The notes beneath the pieces were generated by a model. The model was not told the DNA's origin and made no database searches. It saw only the letters and a list, made by a program, of their open reading frames with translations. A stretch of DNA of 64,000 nucleotides from Eledone cirrhosa. Taxonomy: Eukaryota. Below, in pieces: positions 21,365 to 34,017 of this stretch. Both the position numbers and the translations under genes were made by a program. The stretch spans positions 170,624,001 to 170,688,000 of the forward strand of contig OZ024741.1 in NCBI GenBank assembly GCA_964016885.1, given 5' to 3'. Each line of letters begins with the position of its first letter. Within the stretch, counting starts at the first letter, position 1.

Positions 21365-24300
21365 GTTCTTTGAGTCTCAGTCATTGATGTTAGTTAACTG
21401 GAAAGTTTGTTGAAATGAATACCAAGCCACTACCTGCAGCCTCAGATATTCAGGACATATCGGAGGGTTCTTGCTATTCCCAGCAAGCAGCATGCCTCTT
21501 GAAGTGTTCCAAAAAGCGTGAAGGGGCCAATTTTCTTTAACCATCCCTGGAAACTTTTTGTGATGTACCTAATGCGCCTATGACAATTGGGACCACTTTG
21601 ACTTCATGGCAGTTCCAAATCCTTTTTACCTCGTACTTTAAATCCTGGTATCGGTTAATTTTCTCCCTCTCCTTCTCTTGGACTCTCGTGTCGAATGGGC
21701 AGGCCACATCCACAATCAGCCACGATCTTTTTTCCTTGTCCAAAACCACCAGGTCAGGTCTATTGTGTTCCAGTTTCTTGTCCGTCTGTATCCTAAAATC
21801 TCACAGCACCTTCACTTGATCGTTTTCTATCACCGACTCTGGCTTATGCTCATACCACTTCTCAGAATGTGGTAAATTGTTTACTTTGCATAGGTGCCAG
21901 TGGATCACCCTGTCCATCACATCATGTCTCCAGCCCTTATAGTGAGTCTGGGTTAGGTGTTTACACTCGGATACAATGTGAGGCACAGTATCCTCTCTCT
22001 CTCCACAGATCCTGCACAGTAGGCTAGCCTCCACCTTGTAAATATGGTGTTTCAACCACTTCGTTTTGAAGGCCTGCTCTTGCGCAGCCATTAGCATTCC
22101 TTCTGTAACCTTTTCAAGGTTTCGTCTTTTCAACCCGTTCCATGTCTCTGGATATCTGAATTCAGTTTTCTCAAAGACGGTACAATGAAGGGATATTTCA
22201 TGAAGGCTGCTCTTTCTCCTTGTTGTTATTTCCTCCTTGGACATCCCCTAGTCTATTGTCCTCTCCTTCAGTACAGTTCTGAGCATTGGCTCCTTACTAT
22301 CAGTCACGTATTTGTGTAGGTTGGTTTTCTCCATCTGAACACAGTACTCTATGCTGATAAGACCTCTTCCACCTTCAGATCTCCTTAAGTAGAGTCTATC
22401 GACATCACTCCTCTTGTGGAACATGTAGATAGTCAATAGCTTCCTAGTCTTCCTATCCATTTCTAATAATAGACACAGCTCGGGAATTTACTGCACTTAT
22501 GGCATTCCTACTGTTCAGATGTGACTTTAATACGCTCCTTACTCTCCGAATGTATTCAGTTCTTATCAATTCCTTTATTTTTTTGTTCTTGATGTCATCA
22601 GCCTCACGAACACCCAAATACTTGTATCCTTCTTCAGTGTCAATTTCCTTTATCATCTCACCTGTTGCTACCTGGATTCCGTTGCTTCTGCTCAATTTAC
22701 CCCTCTTCATCACTAGGACTCCACACTTACTAATACAAAATTGCATACATATATCATTGCTGAAAATACGGACAGTGTCAAGAAGCACATCCAACTCCTT
22801 CTCACTCTTCCCGAAGAGCTTAAGATCGTCCATGAAGAGGAGGTGATTGATGGTAAGCTCTCCCTTTTCCAACTTGTATCCTGCTCTCACTTTTCGCAGT
22901 ATAATGGTCAGGGGCATCAGGGCAAGGACAAACAACAGAGGGGACAGACTATCTCCCTGGAAGATAACAATCTTGATCTTCACGCCTCCCAAGGATTCTC
23001 CATCTGATGTTAACTCTGTTTCCCAGGACTTCATACTTTTGCCTAACAACTGTCTGATGTTATCTGCCACCTTGAAGATCTCCAGGCTTTTGGTGATCCA
23101 ATAATGAGGCACCATGTCAAATGCCTTTTTGTAGTCTATACATCCCATGGCAAGACCAGTGTGTCTCCACTTGCAATTCCTCATTATCATCTTATCAATA
23201 AGTAACTGGTCCTTTGTACCACGGGACTTCTTTCGGCATCCTTTCTGTTCGTCCAGTAACAAGTTGTTTGTGTGGAGGTGATGGTAGATTTCCTCAGACA
23301 TAATGCTTGTCAACAGTTTCCACATTACGGGCAGACATGTGATAGGTCTATAGTTGGTAACATCATTACCCTTGATTCGGTCCTTCATTACCAGAACTGT
23401 GGTACCTTTTGTCAACCACTCTGGTATCTCACCTGACATCAAGCAGTCATTGAACATGGTTGTCAGTTTCGGGTGGAGGGATGTTATATTTTTAATCCAA
23501 TACCCCTGCACACCGTCTGGGCCTGGTGATTTCCAGTTGGTTAGTTTTTTGGTCTCCCCCTTAAGAGTTTCAACTGTGATACTCAAATCAGTTTGTTGGT
23601 GTGCCTGTTCACTAATCTCCTTCTGTACTGTCTCAATCCACACTGCCTGGTCATTATGTTTAACATCCTGCTCCCATATTCCTTTCCAGAATGTTTTAGT
23701 TTGTTCCGCCTCAGGGATCAAGTCGTTGCCTCTTTCTTTCCCCTCAAGCTGTCCAAACAGCATCTTCTGGTTGTTGTCAAACATGCGGTTCTGTCTATAC
23801 TGACTGACTCTGCTCTCGTATCGCCTAATTTTTGCACTCTTTGCTACAATGCGTTGCTTCAGTTCCTCTATGATAATATTTAGCTTTTTCCTCCTAGTTT
23901 TGTACTTTTTTTCCAGTCTATTTTTAGTGTCTATGTTTTTTAGTGTCCCATTCAGTAGGGACTCAAGCTTTCCAATGTAATTTCTCATTTCCCTGATTTA
24001 ACCACTCAGTCGTTTCTTCCACCAAGGCTCTGATCTTTCTTGTTTGTTGTTTCATCTCGCTTTTATACCAGGTAATTTCCTCACCGCATTTGCTGTATTT
24101 GAGGATATTGTTGCACTGGGGAAGGCTCTTCGCCTCAAGGTATGGGATGACTTTGTTTACCTTAGCTGTTGTTTCTTTTAACTTTTTCCTGTCTACAAAT
24201 CTTAGGTTCAAAGGTCTCCCACTATCATTGTTCAATTCATCTACCACTAAGTTTAGGAATCAACCAAATCTTGTCCTAGCCCGTCACCATTCATCTCCTC

Positions 24301-24920
24301 AATGGCCGTATCTTTGTTCCAGGTATTATTTATTTCAGCATTCAGATCATTGTCTGCTTCGGATGGTTCCTCCGTTCACTCAACCTCTTCACCTTCATTT
24401 CCCATTGGCTCGTTTGCCTGGCATACTCTACTCTTCATTTCCAAGCTAATCTCTCTGCTCAGTTCCTCCAGCTCCAGCTGGCTTATCCACCCATTAGTTC
24501 TTATTACCCGAGCCTGCCCGGCCAATTTTTGTTCATCTAATTTAAATAGACCAATCTCGTTCCATATGTTATGCATCCGTTTCCTATAGCCTTTCTCCTT
24601 GGGGTTACTCTTCAGGTAACATTGCATAACAATTCTATTCAATTCTTTCGTCCAGTTGGTCCCTTTCCTTCTACTTCTTCCTCCGACACCAACAGTATTT
24701 GGTTGACAGCCAGGTCCCTGCTGCTGAGCCAGGGAACACCTGCTGGGTGAGAGTCTGTCACATGACATTCTAGTCTCCACTTCACCGTTATTCGAACTGT
24801 TTAGGTTCGACATTTAAACACTCTTATCGAGGATTGGTGAATGTATGGTTACATAGCCACCGGTGATTTCATCACTCCCGGTGATGTTTGTGTGGCACTA
24901 TCACGCTGTAGACGAACATA
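21365..24920 (-). mobile_element. Second R4/Dong-like RLE element (family B), decayed; ORF about 24813 to 21442
   Basis: Pieces WTKELNRIVMQCY (Myb-like), NYRPITCL, QGDSLSP, FMDDLKL, CRICGE..HIVSEC, RHD, IVDVACP..RYQDL; 3' end abuts (TAA)n. Confidence 0.9.
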
Positions 24921-25129
24921 AATAAATAAACAAACAAACACGCAAAAAAAAAAACCCCAAAAGAATAAGCATAAGTTTCATTGTAATGTAATGTTTGACT
25001 GTCTGACTTAGTTTTTCCCTTCCCTTCTCTGTCCGTCTGTTTGTTTTTCCCTTCATTTTTCTTTTCTTTACGTTTTTCGTTGTTGCTGTGCTGCTTTGAT
25101 TTTGATTTTTGGTTTTTTGATTTTTTGAC

Positions 25130-26130
25130 CGGGTCATCAATTCAGTCTATTTATATATTTTGATGCCTTTCTCTTTTAGTGGGGACACTACGATGCATGT
25201 GTTAGCAGGAGGTAGTGGGAGAGAATAGCGGCGGTAGTGGTAATGAGGTGGTGGTGGTGGTGGTGGTGGTGGTGGTGCTGTGCTAGTAGTACTTAGCAGG
25301 AGGTAGTGGGAGAGAATAGCGGCGGTAGCGATAATGAGGCAGTGGTGGTGATGTGATCGTAGTACTGTAGTGATGGTGTTGAAGTTGAAGTAGAAATAGA
25401 AGTTGAGGCAACTTGACCAGAGTTTTTAGCGTGGTAGTGGTGGTGGTGTTGGTTGCGAAATTATTTTCTCTGTCAACTTAGTCATTTAGTCATTTAGCTA
25501 TCTAGCTATTTAGTCATTTTGCCATTTTCCTCCCTTTCGACTCCAACATTCCTGATCCAAAATTAAATATTAATATTGTTTATTAATATTGTCTAGTGAT
25601 ACCGCCACCTTCCCCTTTCGTAAGTTAACAGAAGGTAATGAGGGAATAGCGGTGGTAGCGATGAAGGAGTGGTGGCGGCGGTGATGGGATAGTGGTAGCA
25701 ATGATGGATGGAGTGGTGGCGGCGGTGACTATAGTGATGGCGTTGTCGTTACTGAGTTTTGTTGAATAGACTGTAGTTTGTTTGATCGGTGAATCTATGC
25801 GGTTAGTCGCGTATGTTTAATATATGTGTTGACATATAACCTTAATATTCGAATTAAACATTTTGTGAAAATTTGAGACAATAATAATAGTAATTATTAT
25901 TATTATGCCGGGATTGGTGGTGGTGAAATTGCCGTTATCTGGCTGTTGTATTTAGTGCACATAGGGGGTTTTCTTCCATTTATAACCATTTTCTTTTTTG
26001 AATATAAAATATATAATACAAAATTAAATATTTGAGCGATATAACAGAATATTATGGATCCGAATTTTCTGATGGTTGAGTCCGGTGCTTTATGTATCAT
26101 TTGTACTAAGAATTGCTATTTCACTATTTC
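25130..26130. repeat. GGT-rich spacer repeat, copy 2
   Basis: Homologous to 14800-15403 and 30270-31060. Confidence 0.75.
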
Positions 26131-26152
26131 ATTATTATTATTATTATTATTA

Positions 26153-29100
26153 TTTGCATTTATCTTGCTTTATGTTTATACGAGTTATCACCAAGTCACA
26201 ACCAGTGACCTCAAGAGACAACAAGGTCCGCCATGTTCAAGAAAGAACATACATATTCACACATGCATCCTTAGTGTTTAGACTTGTGATGTACTTATAT
26301 TGACAGGATCTTCCTTATTATATGGGCAGTTCCCATTAGTACTATCTTTTGTATTTCTCCTATACGCGGGTTTCCTGGGATCTGCGATAAGTAGTCGTTA
26401 GACCCCTTAGGTATCATTCCCAGAGCGCCTACAACCACTGGTATTGTTTTAGTTCTCAATTTCCACATTTTTCCAATTTCTATCTCCAGGTCCTTATACT
26501 TGCTCAATTTTTCAAATGTTTTTATAGATACATTCTTGTCTATTGGAACAGACATATCAATTAGCAGGCATACCCTCCCTCGAAAGTCCTTCAATATTAT
26601 ATCAGGTCTATTTGCATCTATTTTTCAGTCTGTTTGGATGCTAAAGTTCCACAAGATTGAGATGTGATCTTTTTCAAGTATGGGAGGTGGTTGATGCTCC
26701 CACCAATTCTTTTGATGGGGCAGGTCAAAATGCTTACACATTATCCAATGTAGGTATTGTGCAGCTCTGTCATGCCTGTTTAGGTATTCGGTTGGAGCTA
26801 TAGGACTGCACATTGAAATTATATGGTCAATGGTCTCTGGTTGTTTTTTGCATACACGGCATAATGGGCTGCACCCATTTTTTATTATGTTGGCTTGGTA
26901 ATTTTTTGTTGGCAGATACTGATCTTGTGCCGATATAATCAGTCCTTCAGTCTCCGATTTCAGTCCAGAGGATGCCAACCACTGATGGGTCAAAGTTTTG
27001 TCAACATCAGGATTGTTAGCTCGCTCTGGGTATTTTCCATACAGGGGCTTTTCTTGCCATTTCTTAGCCAGTTTCTGTAGCAGTTCTTTCTTTGCAGTTA
27101 CTTTTACCTGCTTTGCTTTTTCTGTGTTTTCCATTTCAGCAGTAAATGGGACTTCTGAAATTTGTAGTCCATTACTGTATCTTTGTGCATCTTTTGTAAT
27201 GGAATATGATCTTTTGGTGCTTTCGTGTTTCAAAACGAGTTTGATCATCCAATCATGTGATTCCCTTAGATATGTGGATAATCCAGTTGTTGCAGTTTTC
27301 AACGCAATGTCTAACTGGATTAACCCACGTCCTCCTTCTTTCCTAGGGAGATATATTCTATCTATGTCTGCCTTAGGGTGATGCATTCTGTGCATGGTTA
27401 AGAATTTTCGGATTTTTGTATCGAGCCCACGGATCTCTGTGCTTGACCAGTTGATGACATTGTAACTGTAGGTTACTACTGGTATGGCAAGCGTGTTTAT
27501 GGCATCGATCCTATTCCTTGCATTCAATTCCGTTTTTAAGATTGCTCTCACTCTGCGGTAACATTCCTTCCTTATCCTTTCCCTCATTGTCGAGTGCTTG
27601 ATTCCGTCTCCTTCACAAACACCTAGATATTTGTAAGTTTTTTCTTGATCAAGTTCTCTTATCACGTTCCCCCGATCCAGATTAATGTCTGAACTCCTCA
27701 GCAGCTTTCCTCTGGTGAACGTTGCTTTGGCGCATTTATCTAGTCCAAACTCCATTTTAATGTCATCACTGAACTGCTTCACAGTGGATAATAGCCCTTG
27801 CCATTGTTCATCATTTTTTGCAAATAGTTTCAGATCATCCATGTAGAACAGGTGATTAATGGTTTTGTCATAGACTTTATATCCATGTTTTGTTTCATTG
27901 AGCATTTTACTTAATGGTATAAGTGCGATGCAGAATAAAAGCGGTGATAAAGAGTCACCCTGAAAAATTCCACACTTAATTTTAACTTCTCCAGCTTCCA
28001 GTGATTTTGTTTCACTATTCAAAAGGAGTGTCGTTTTCCATGTCTTCATACTGAATGACAAAAACCTCCTGACAACGTGGGATACTTTGAAAATCTCTAA
28101 ACACTTTTCAATCCAACTGTGTGGCAAACTATCAAATGCTTTTTTATAATCTATCCAAGCAATCGATAGATTTTTGTGTCTATTATGACAATCTTCCAGT
28201 ATCATTTTGTTAACCAGAAGCTGATCCTTACAGCCATATGAGCCTCGTTTACACCCTTTCTGCTCAATGGGAAATAGGTCATTTGTTATCAGGTGGTCAT
28301 ATGTGTATTCAGTTAGGACTGGTGTTAAAATTTTATACATTGTGGTCAAGCAAGTTATCGGTCTGTAATTTTTGGGATTGTTTGTCTCATCATTCTTCGG
28401 AAGCAGGAATGTAATGCCGTTAACTAGCCATGATAGTATCTTTTCTGGCTCCTTAACTATTCTTGTAAAGTTGGGCTAACAGCTCATGAGACTCTGTGAA
28501 GGCATTTATCCAAAAGTTTTGTATTTTGTCTTTTCCTGGGGATTTCCATTTGCTGGTTTTTCTTAGAGCCAAGCGCAACTGTTCAACTGTTATATTTTCC
28601 CATCTTTGTTCCTCAAGGTGAGCTGTATCGTTCATTTGTCTGTCTATCCATGGGGCATGTATGTTATGAACTTTTTCTTCGGCCCAGATCTTTTCCCAGA
28701 ATTCTTGCACTTCCTCCTTGGATGGTATTGATTTAGCAGTTATTGTTGACTTACCAATTTTTCTGTAGAAGTTTCTTTGGTTGTTTTTGAACATATTGTC
28801 CTTATAGAATCTAGATCGTTTTTCAAAGCGCCTTATACGAGCAGATTTGGCTGACACCTTTTGCTTGATTATTTCTATCAGCATGTCTATGTCACATGTT
28901 GATTTTATACTGTACTTTTTTTTCAATTTTCTAAGTTTAGTTTGTTTAACATGTTCACCTACTTTATAGTTTGTTAAAATTTCTATGTCAGATCGGAGAA
29001 GGTTTATTTGGCGATTGATGTTCTCTTGCCATGTAGATTTCTTGTGGGAATTCCTTTGTTTTTTCATCTTCACTCCACATAAGTGAGTGGTGACTTTAGC

Positions 29101-30120
29101 CGATGCATAATAGAGATGATTTAGATCAGTAATGTTTAGTTTGTTTGTGATGATAATGTTTTTGAGAATTATGTTAGTCTTGTGTATTATCTATTGGTTC
29201 TGTTTGGAGTTCTGGATCTTAGGGAGGGTGTCTCGTTTCCCCATGTCAGATTCTTTCATTTTCATCCATTCGATCATAATTTCATCCTTCAAGTTGGCAA
29301 GTTCATTCTCATTCATTTCTTTATCATTTACGATCTCATTATTTTCATTTGGAGTTTCATCCTGAGCATGCACTCCCTCCACTTTTTCGATCCTTTCCTT
29401 AATTTTTTCTGTTGCCAGTGATTCCGCCCCAACCCTGGGATTCGAAGTGTTACAGTTTACCTCGTTTTCACTGACACATGTTTCATTTTCCCCTCGCTGA
29501 CTTTGTGCTAATAGCTTGATCTGATCAATTTCTATATCAGTTAGTAACTTTTTTCTTACAATATTTCTTCGTATATTGGCTAGTTTGTTGCATTCAATAT
29601 AGCCTCTTTTTTCGGGATGTTTCTTTTTCCAGTTGATATATGTCTGTTCTGTATTCGATGTATTTGATGGGTAGTTTATGGCAGTGTAGAAAGCCTCAAG
29701 GACTTCTTTATTATCTTCCCTTGACCATTTTTCTCTCTTTTTCTTTGGATTTCTAGGTGGTGAGCATGGAGGGCCAACAGTAGGAGTATTCCGGTTATGG
29801 GAGGTCTCCAGCTCCGAAGTGATGGGAAGGTTTGAACCATTAGCTGACTTTTCGACCCCAGTCTGGTTCCTCTCTGAGGGACGCGGCCCTTTTTTACCCG
29901 GGTGACGGCCGATCCGGTATGAGATTTCATCATTAGACATCTACTTTATTTTGTCGCGTTTTATCCTTATCCGCCAAGGGGTAATCATTTCGTGTTACCA
30001 CTTCTAGAACGAGTGTCAACCAAGACTAGAGGGGTCGTTCTCCCCTAGAGACACGGCTATTCCCCTCCGGCCGCCATCCCGGTATTTCTTGGTCGCGGGG
30101 TTTTCATTTTGTTGTTTTTT
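26153..30120 (-). mobile_element. R4/Dong-like family A copy 4 (full length, disrupted)
   Basis: ORF pieces 29191-29940, 28453-29073, 26625-28349 and 26295-26594; same UTRs; (TAA)n tail. Confidence 0.93.
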
Positions 30121-30269
30121 TAAATTGTTATTATCATGAGTGGTTCCTTAATGTGAGCATTGCGTGGCTTAAGAATGAAATTATTAATAATTGTCTCCAC
30201 TCCAGGCACAAGGCCAGCAATCGCCCAGTGCATTACAATAATATAATATACTTGTTGTTGTTGTTGGCT

Positions 30270-31060
30270 GTTATTGTTGTTGGCTATGTCGGTGGTGGTG
30301 CCGGGGCTTTTTATATTGTCGGTGAGGAAGAGTTGAGCCAGCAGTCCCATAATTGTTGATGTGGCCAGGTCACTAAGTCAATCTATTTATATCTTTTGCT
30401 AGCCTCTCCCTTGTCTAGTGATACCGCCACCTTCCCCTTTCTCTCTCAAGTTAACAGGGGAATCGTGGTGGTAGCATTGAAGGAGTGGTGGCGGCGGGGA
30501 GATGTGGGAGACAGTAGCGACGGTATCGATACTGAGACAGTGGTGGTGGTGATGTCGACACCGAGGCAGTGGTGGCGGTGATGTGATCGTATTACTGTAG
30601 CGATGGTGTTGTAGCGGTGGCAGCAATGATGGAGTGGTGGCGGCGGTGATGGGATAGTGGTGGTAATGATGGCAGTAGTGAGTGGTGGTGGTGAAATTGC
30701 CGTTATCTGGCTGTTGTGTTTAGTGTACACAGAGAGGTGATGGGGTAGGTGTTGTATCTAGTTTCTGGTGTTGTTTGGCTGTTCTATATAGCGTAGACAG
30801 AGGAGGGGGTGGGGGGTTCTTCTTCCATTTATAGCCATTTTCTTTTTTGAATATACAATGTACAATATAAAGTTGAATATTTGAATATTTGAGCCTTATA
30901 ACAATATATTTTGGGTCCGAATTTTTTTTGGGCTCAAGCCGGATGCTTTACGTAGCATTTGTACTAAGAGTTGTTATTTCACAAATGATTTAAATATGTT
31001 AAAAATTCAAAACTTACGGGAGCGATTTCATGACCTTCTACCACCTCGTGCGTCTTCTTC
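30270..31060. repeat. GGT-rich spacer repeat, copy 3
   Basis: Homologous to 14800-15403; 30110-30480 closely matches 14640-15040. Confidence 0.75.
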
Positions 31061-31067
31061 CCTTATT

Positions 31068-31087
31068 CTTCTTCTCTTCTTCTTCTT

Positions 31088-31181
<94 letters not shown>
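31068..31181. repeat. Compound microsatellite (TTC)n(TTA)n
   Basis: Seen directly. Confidence 0.95.
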
Positions 31182-31183
<2 letters not shown>

Positions 31184-31184
31184 T

Positions 31185-32140
31185 GCAGTGGGGGATTGAC
31201 AGTATCAGTAGAGGGTCGGAGGCCATGCTTTGTAGCATACAGTTACATCCCTTTACGGTCTGAGTTCAAATCGTGCAGAGGTTAACTTTGCCTTTCATCC
31301 TTACGGGGTCGATAAAATAAAGTACCAGTCACGCACTGGAGTTGATTTAATCGACTTTCCTCTCCCCCGGAATTGCATTGTGCCTCTAGTAGAAATAATT
31401 ATTGTTATTGAGGGCGGTGGATTGGCAGTATTGTTAGAGCGTCAGACACCATGCTTTGCGCTATGGAGTTATATCTCTTTACGTTCTGCTTAGCTTTGCC
31501 TTTTATCCTTACAATAATGCACCAGCATTGCACTGGGGTCGATTTAATCAACTTTCCACTCCCCCCAAATTACTGGCCTTGTGCCTATACTAGAAATCAT
31601 TATTGTTATTATTATTATGTAGAGAATAGGAATTCTAACACAGGTACAATGCTGATATTGATTAGTATTTTTAAAGGGTTTTGATAAGGTGAGATGCAAG
31701 ACGGTCTCTGTATGTAATGGAATCTAACTAAATACTTCGGGTCCGGTCACCCTTTATGTCGTATACTAAGAAATTCTAACTATGTGTAATAATTGTTTCT
31801 ACTATTGGCACAAGGCCAGCAATTACCCAGTACATTACTGGTACTTTATTTTATCGACCCCGTAAGGATGAAAGGCAAAATTAACCTCGGCGGGATTTGA
31901 ACTCACATTGTAAAGGGACGTAACTACGCTGAAAAGCATGTCTGACTCTCTACCAATACTGCCAATTCACCGCTATGTGTAATAATTGTTTCTACTTTAG
32001 GCACAAGGCCAGCAATTAACCAGTGCATTACTGGTACTTTATTTAATCGACCCTGTAAAGATGAAAGGCAAAGTTAACCTCGGCGGGATTTGAACTCAGA
32101 ATGGAAAGGGCCGTAACTCTATGCTGCAAAGCATGGCGTA
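31185..32140. mobile_element. Cluster of four SINE copies: about 31185-31400 (+), 31411-31605 (+), 31785-31975 (-), 31980-32140 (-)
   Basis: Same A/B boxes, CCTTTCATCC..GGGGTCGATAAAAT core and GGCCTTGTGCC..AGTAGAAA tail. Confidence 0.85.
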
Positions 32141-32908
32141 ATAAACGTTATGTGTAATAATGAAACATGTAATACAATTAGGAACAAATCTGGTATTTAT
32201 AAAAACGTTGACGACGCCCTTCATGCTTTGGTCGTATTGGCCTTCGTAATCGAATGAGAAACAGAAAGGTGTGTGAAAATAAACTTTTAAATTGACATCA
32301 GTAGTTGATAGGTACTTATTTTATTGCCAACCCCTGTCAGTAATGGCAGATGCCAAGGTAAACCTCAACATGATTTGAACTCAATATGTAAAGGTATCTA
32401 TTCCTAAGGGATTTCATTTGACACTACTATCGATTCTGTTAACCATCGACTTATAACATAGTAAAAAATATATTCAGTTTAATATATCTACCAAGAAAAT
32501 ATTCACTAACAATTGTTTGCATTCACCAGAATCAGCTTTGTATATAGAAAATCTAATTATGTATTAGTAGTGGTTCGTTTGGTAGTATAGTTGGAAAATA
32601 AAATAGGAAGAATTGTCTGAGATATAGGACATGCTCATTTCAGCGTGTAAAACATGTGACGAAAACTACATAAGCTGAATGATTAATAGTTGGCCTTCAG
32701 CAATGGATGGCCAAGCAGCTGCTGGTTATCAGATAAAGCACTCTCGAATGTCAGTTTGATCTATAAGTAACTAATCTTGTTACATGTCACGCAACTACTT
32801 TTATTTAACTTTTGCACCTTGGTAATTTAATGTTTTAAATTATAAAGGTAATTTAGATACAAAGCAATCTAAAAGTAATACACACACAACCGCATATAAA
32901 TATATGTT

Positions 32909-33015
<107 letters not shown>

Positions 33016-33019
33016 GACT

Positions 33020-33635
33020 CTTAAGAGCTCCTTTTCCCTTTGACAGGTTTTATTTTTAGTCCTGCAGGATGTCCAAAGTCACCCTCCTCACCAAGAAACC
33101 TTGGTGGGGTTGCCAGTTTAGTCGCCAACGACCCGACCATGAGACAGGTTGTACTGGGATACATGTTACCAGTAGCACCAACTGGTGACCTGACCTTAAC
33201 AGTCAATGGCCATCCAAAATCACCGGGAGAGATGACCCCTTAGCCTTTGTCAAGGCAGAATTCTAGGAGAAGGAAAACTCTGATATAACACCTACAACCC
33301 TGATGGTATCCAATGATGTTGACTTGTTCTTCTTTTTGGTAAATATCATCTTGGTTAAGAGAGTGGGACTGGCTTTGTGCAGTGCCTTTGCTCACTATAA
33401 AAGCTTCACGGCACAGGCATTTCTTTGTATCTGGAGATCTCTCTGCACTTGTCGTCACATGGTACTATGGGCCCACCACTATGTGTCAATAATTGTCACA
33501 AGTGTAGTGTTTGTACCAGAGTTTTCAAGTCGCTGGCTGGACTAAAAAGTCACATTCGTTCAGCGCATCGGTAGGGGTTCTCCTACATGGATATAAAGTA
33601 GTGGCCGTACCGGAAAACGAGTTGGCAGCCGCCAC
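33020..33635 (-). repeat. Unclassified dispersed repeat (inverted, longer copy of 1757-2210) within (TA)n
   Basis: Reverse-complement match; TA repeats on both sides. Confidence 0.8.
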
Positions 33636-33762
33636 ATATATATATATATATATATGAATTTGTTTTGCAAGGTTTTTTATATGAAATCGTATGTTGAAAC
33701 AAATATTGTTATTTGGGGAATGGCGTAGGCATTACAATACAATGGGAGGAAACATATTAGTA

Positions 33763-33801
33763 CCACTGATGATGTCACATATGTGTGACGAAAGAACTTG
33801 G
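33763..33801 (+). ncRNA. Type I hammerhead motif, slightly decayed
   Basis: CCA CUGAUGA U GUCACA-UAUG-UGUGAC GAAA GAAC U UGG. Confidence 0.7.
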
Positions 33802-33960
33802 ATACACTATATACATATATATACATATATATATATATACAATTTATTAACAAATGCAAACTATATTTATAAAACCATATTTATTTTATTATACACATTT
33901 CAAGGGCCACCAAGGCAAATTATGGTGCGCTTTCAATCCCAACAAATTATATATAACCTC

Positions 33961-34017
<57 letters not shown>

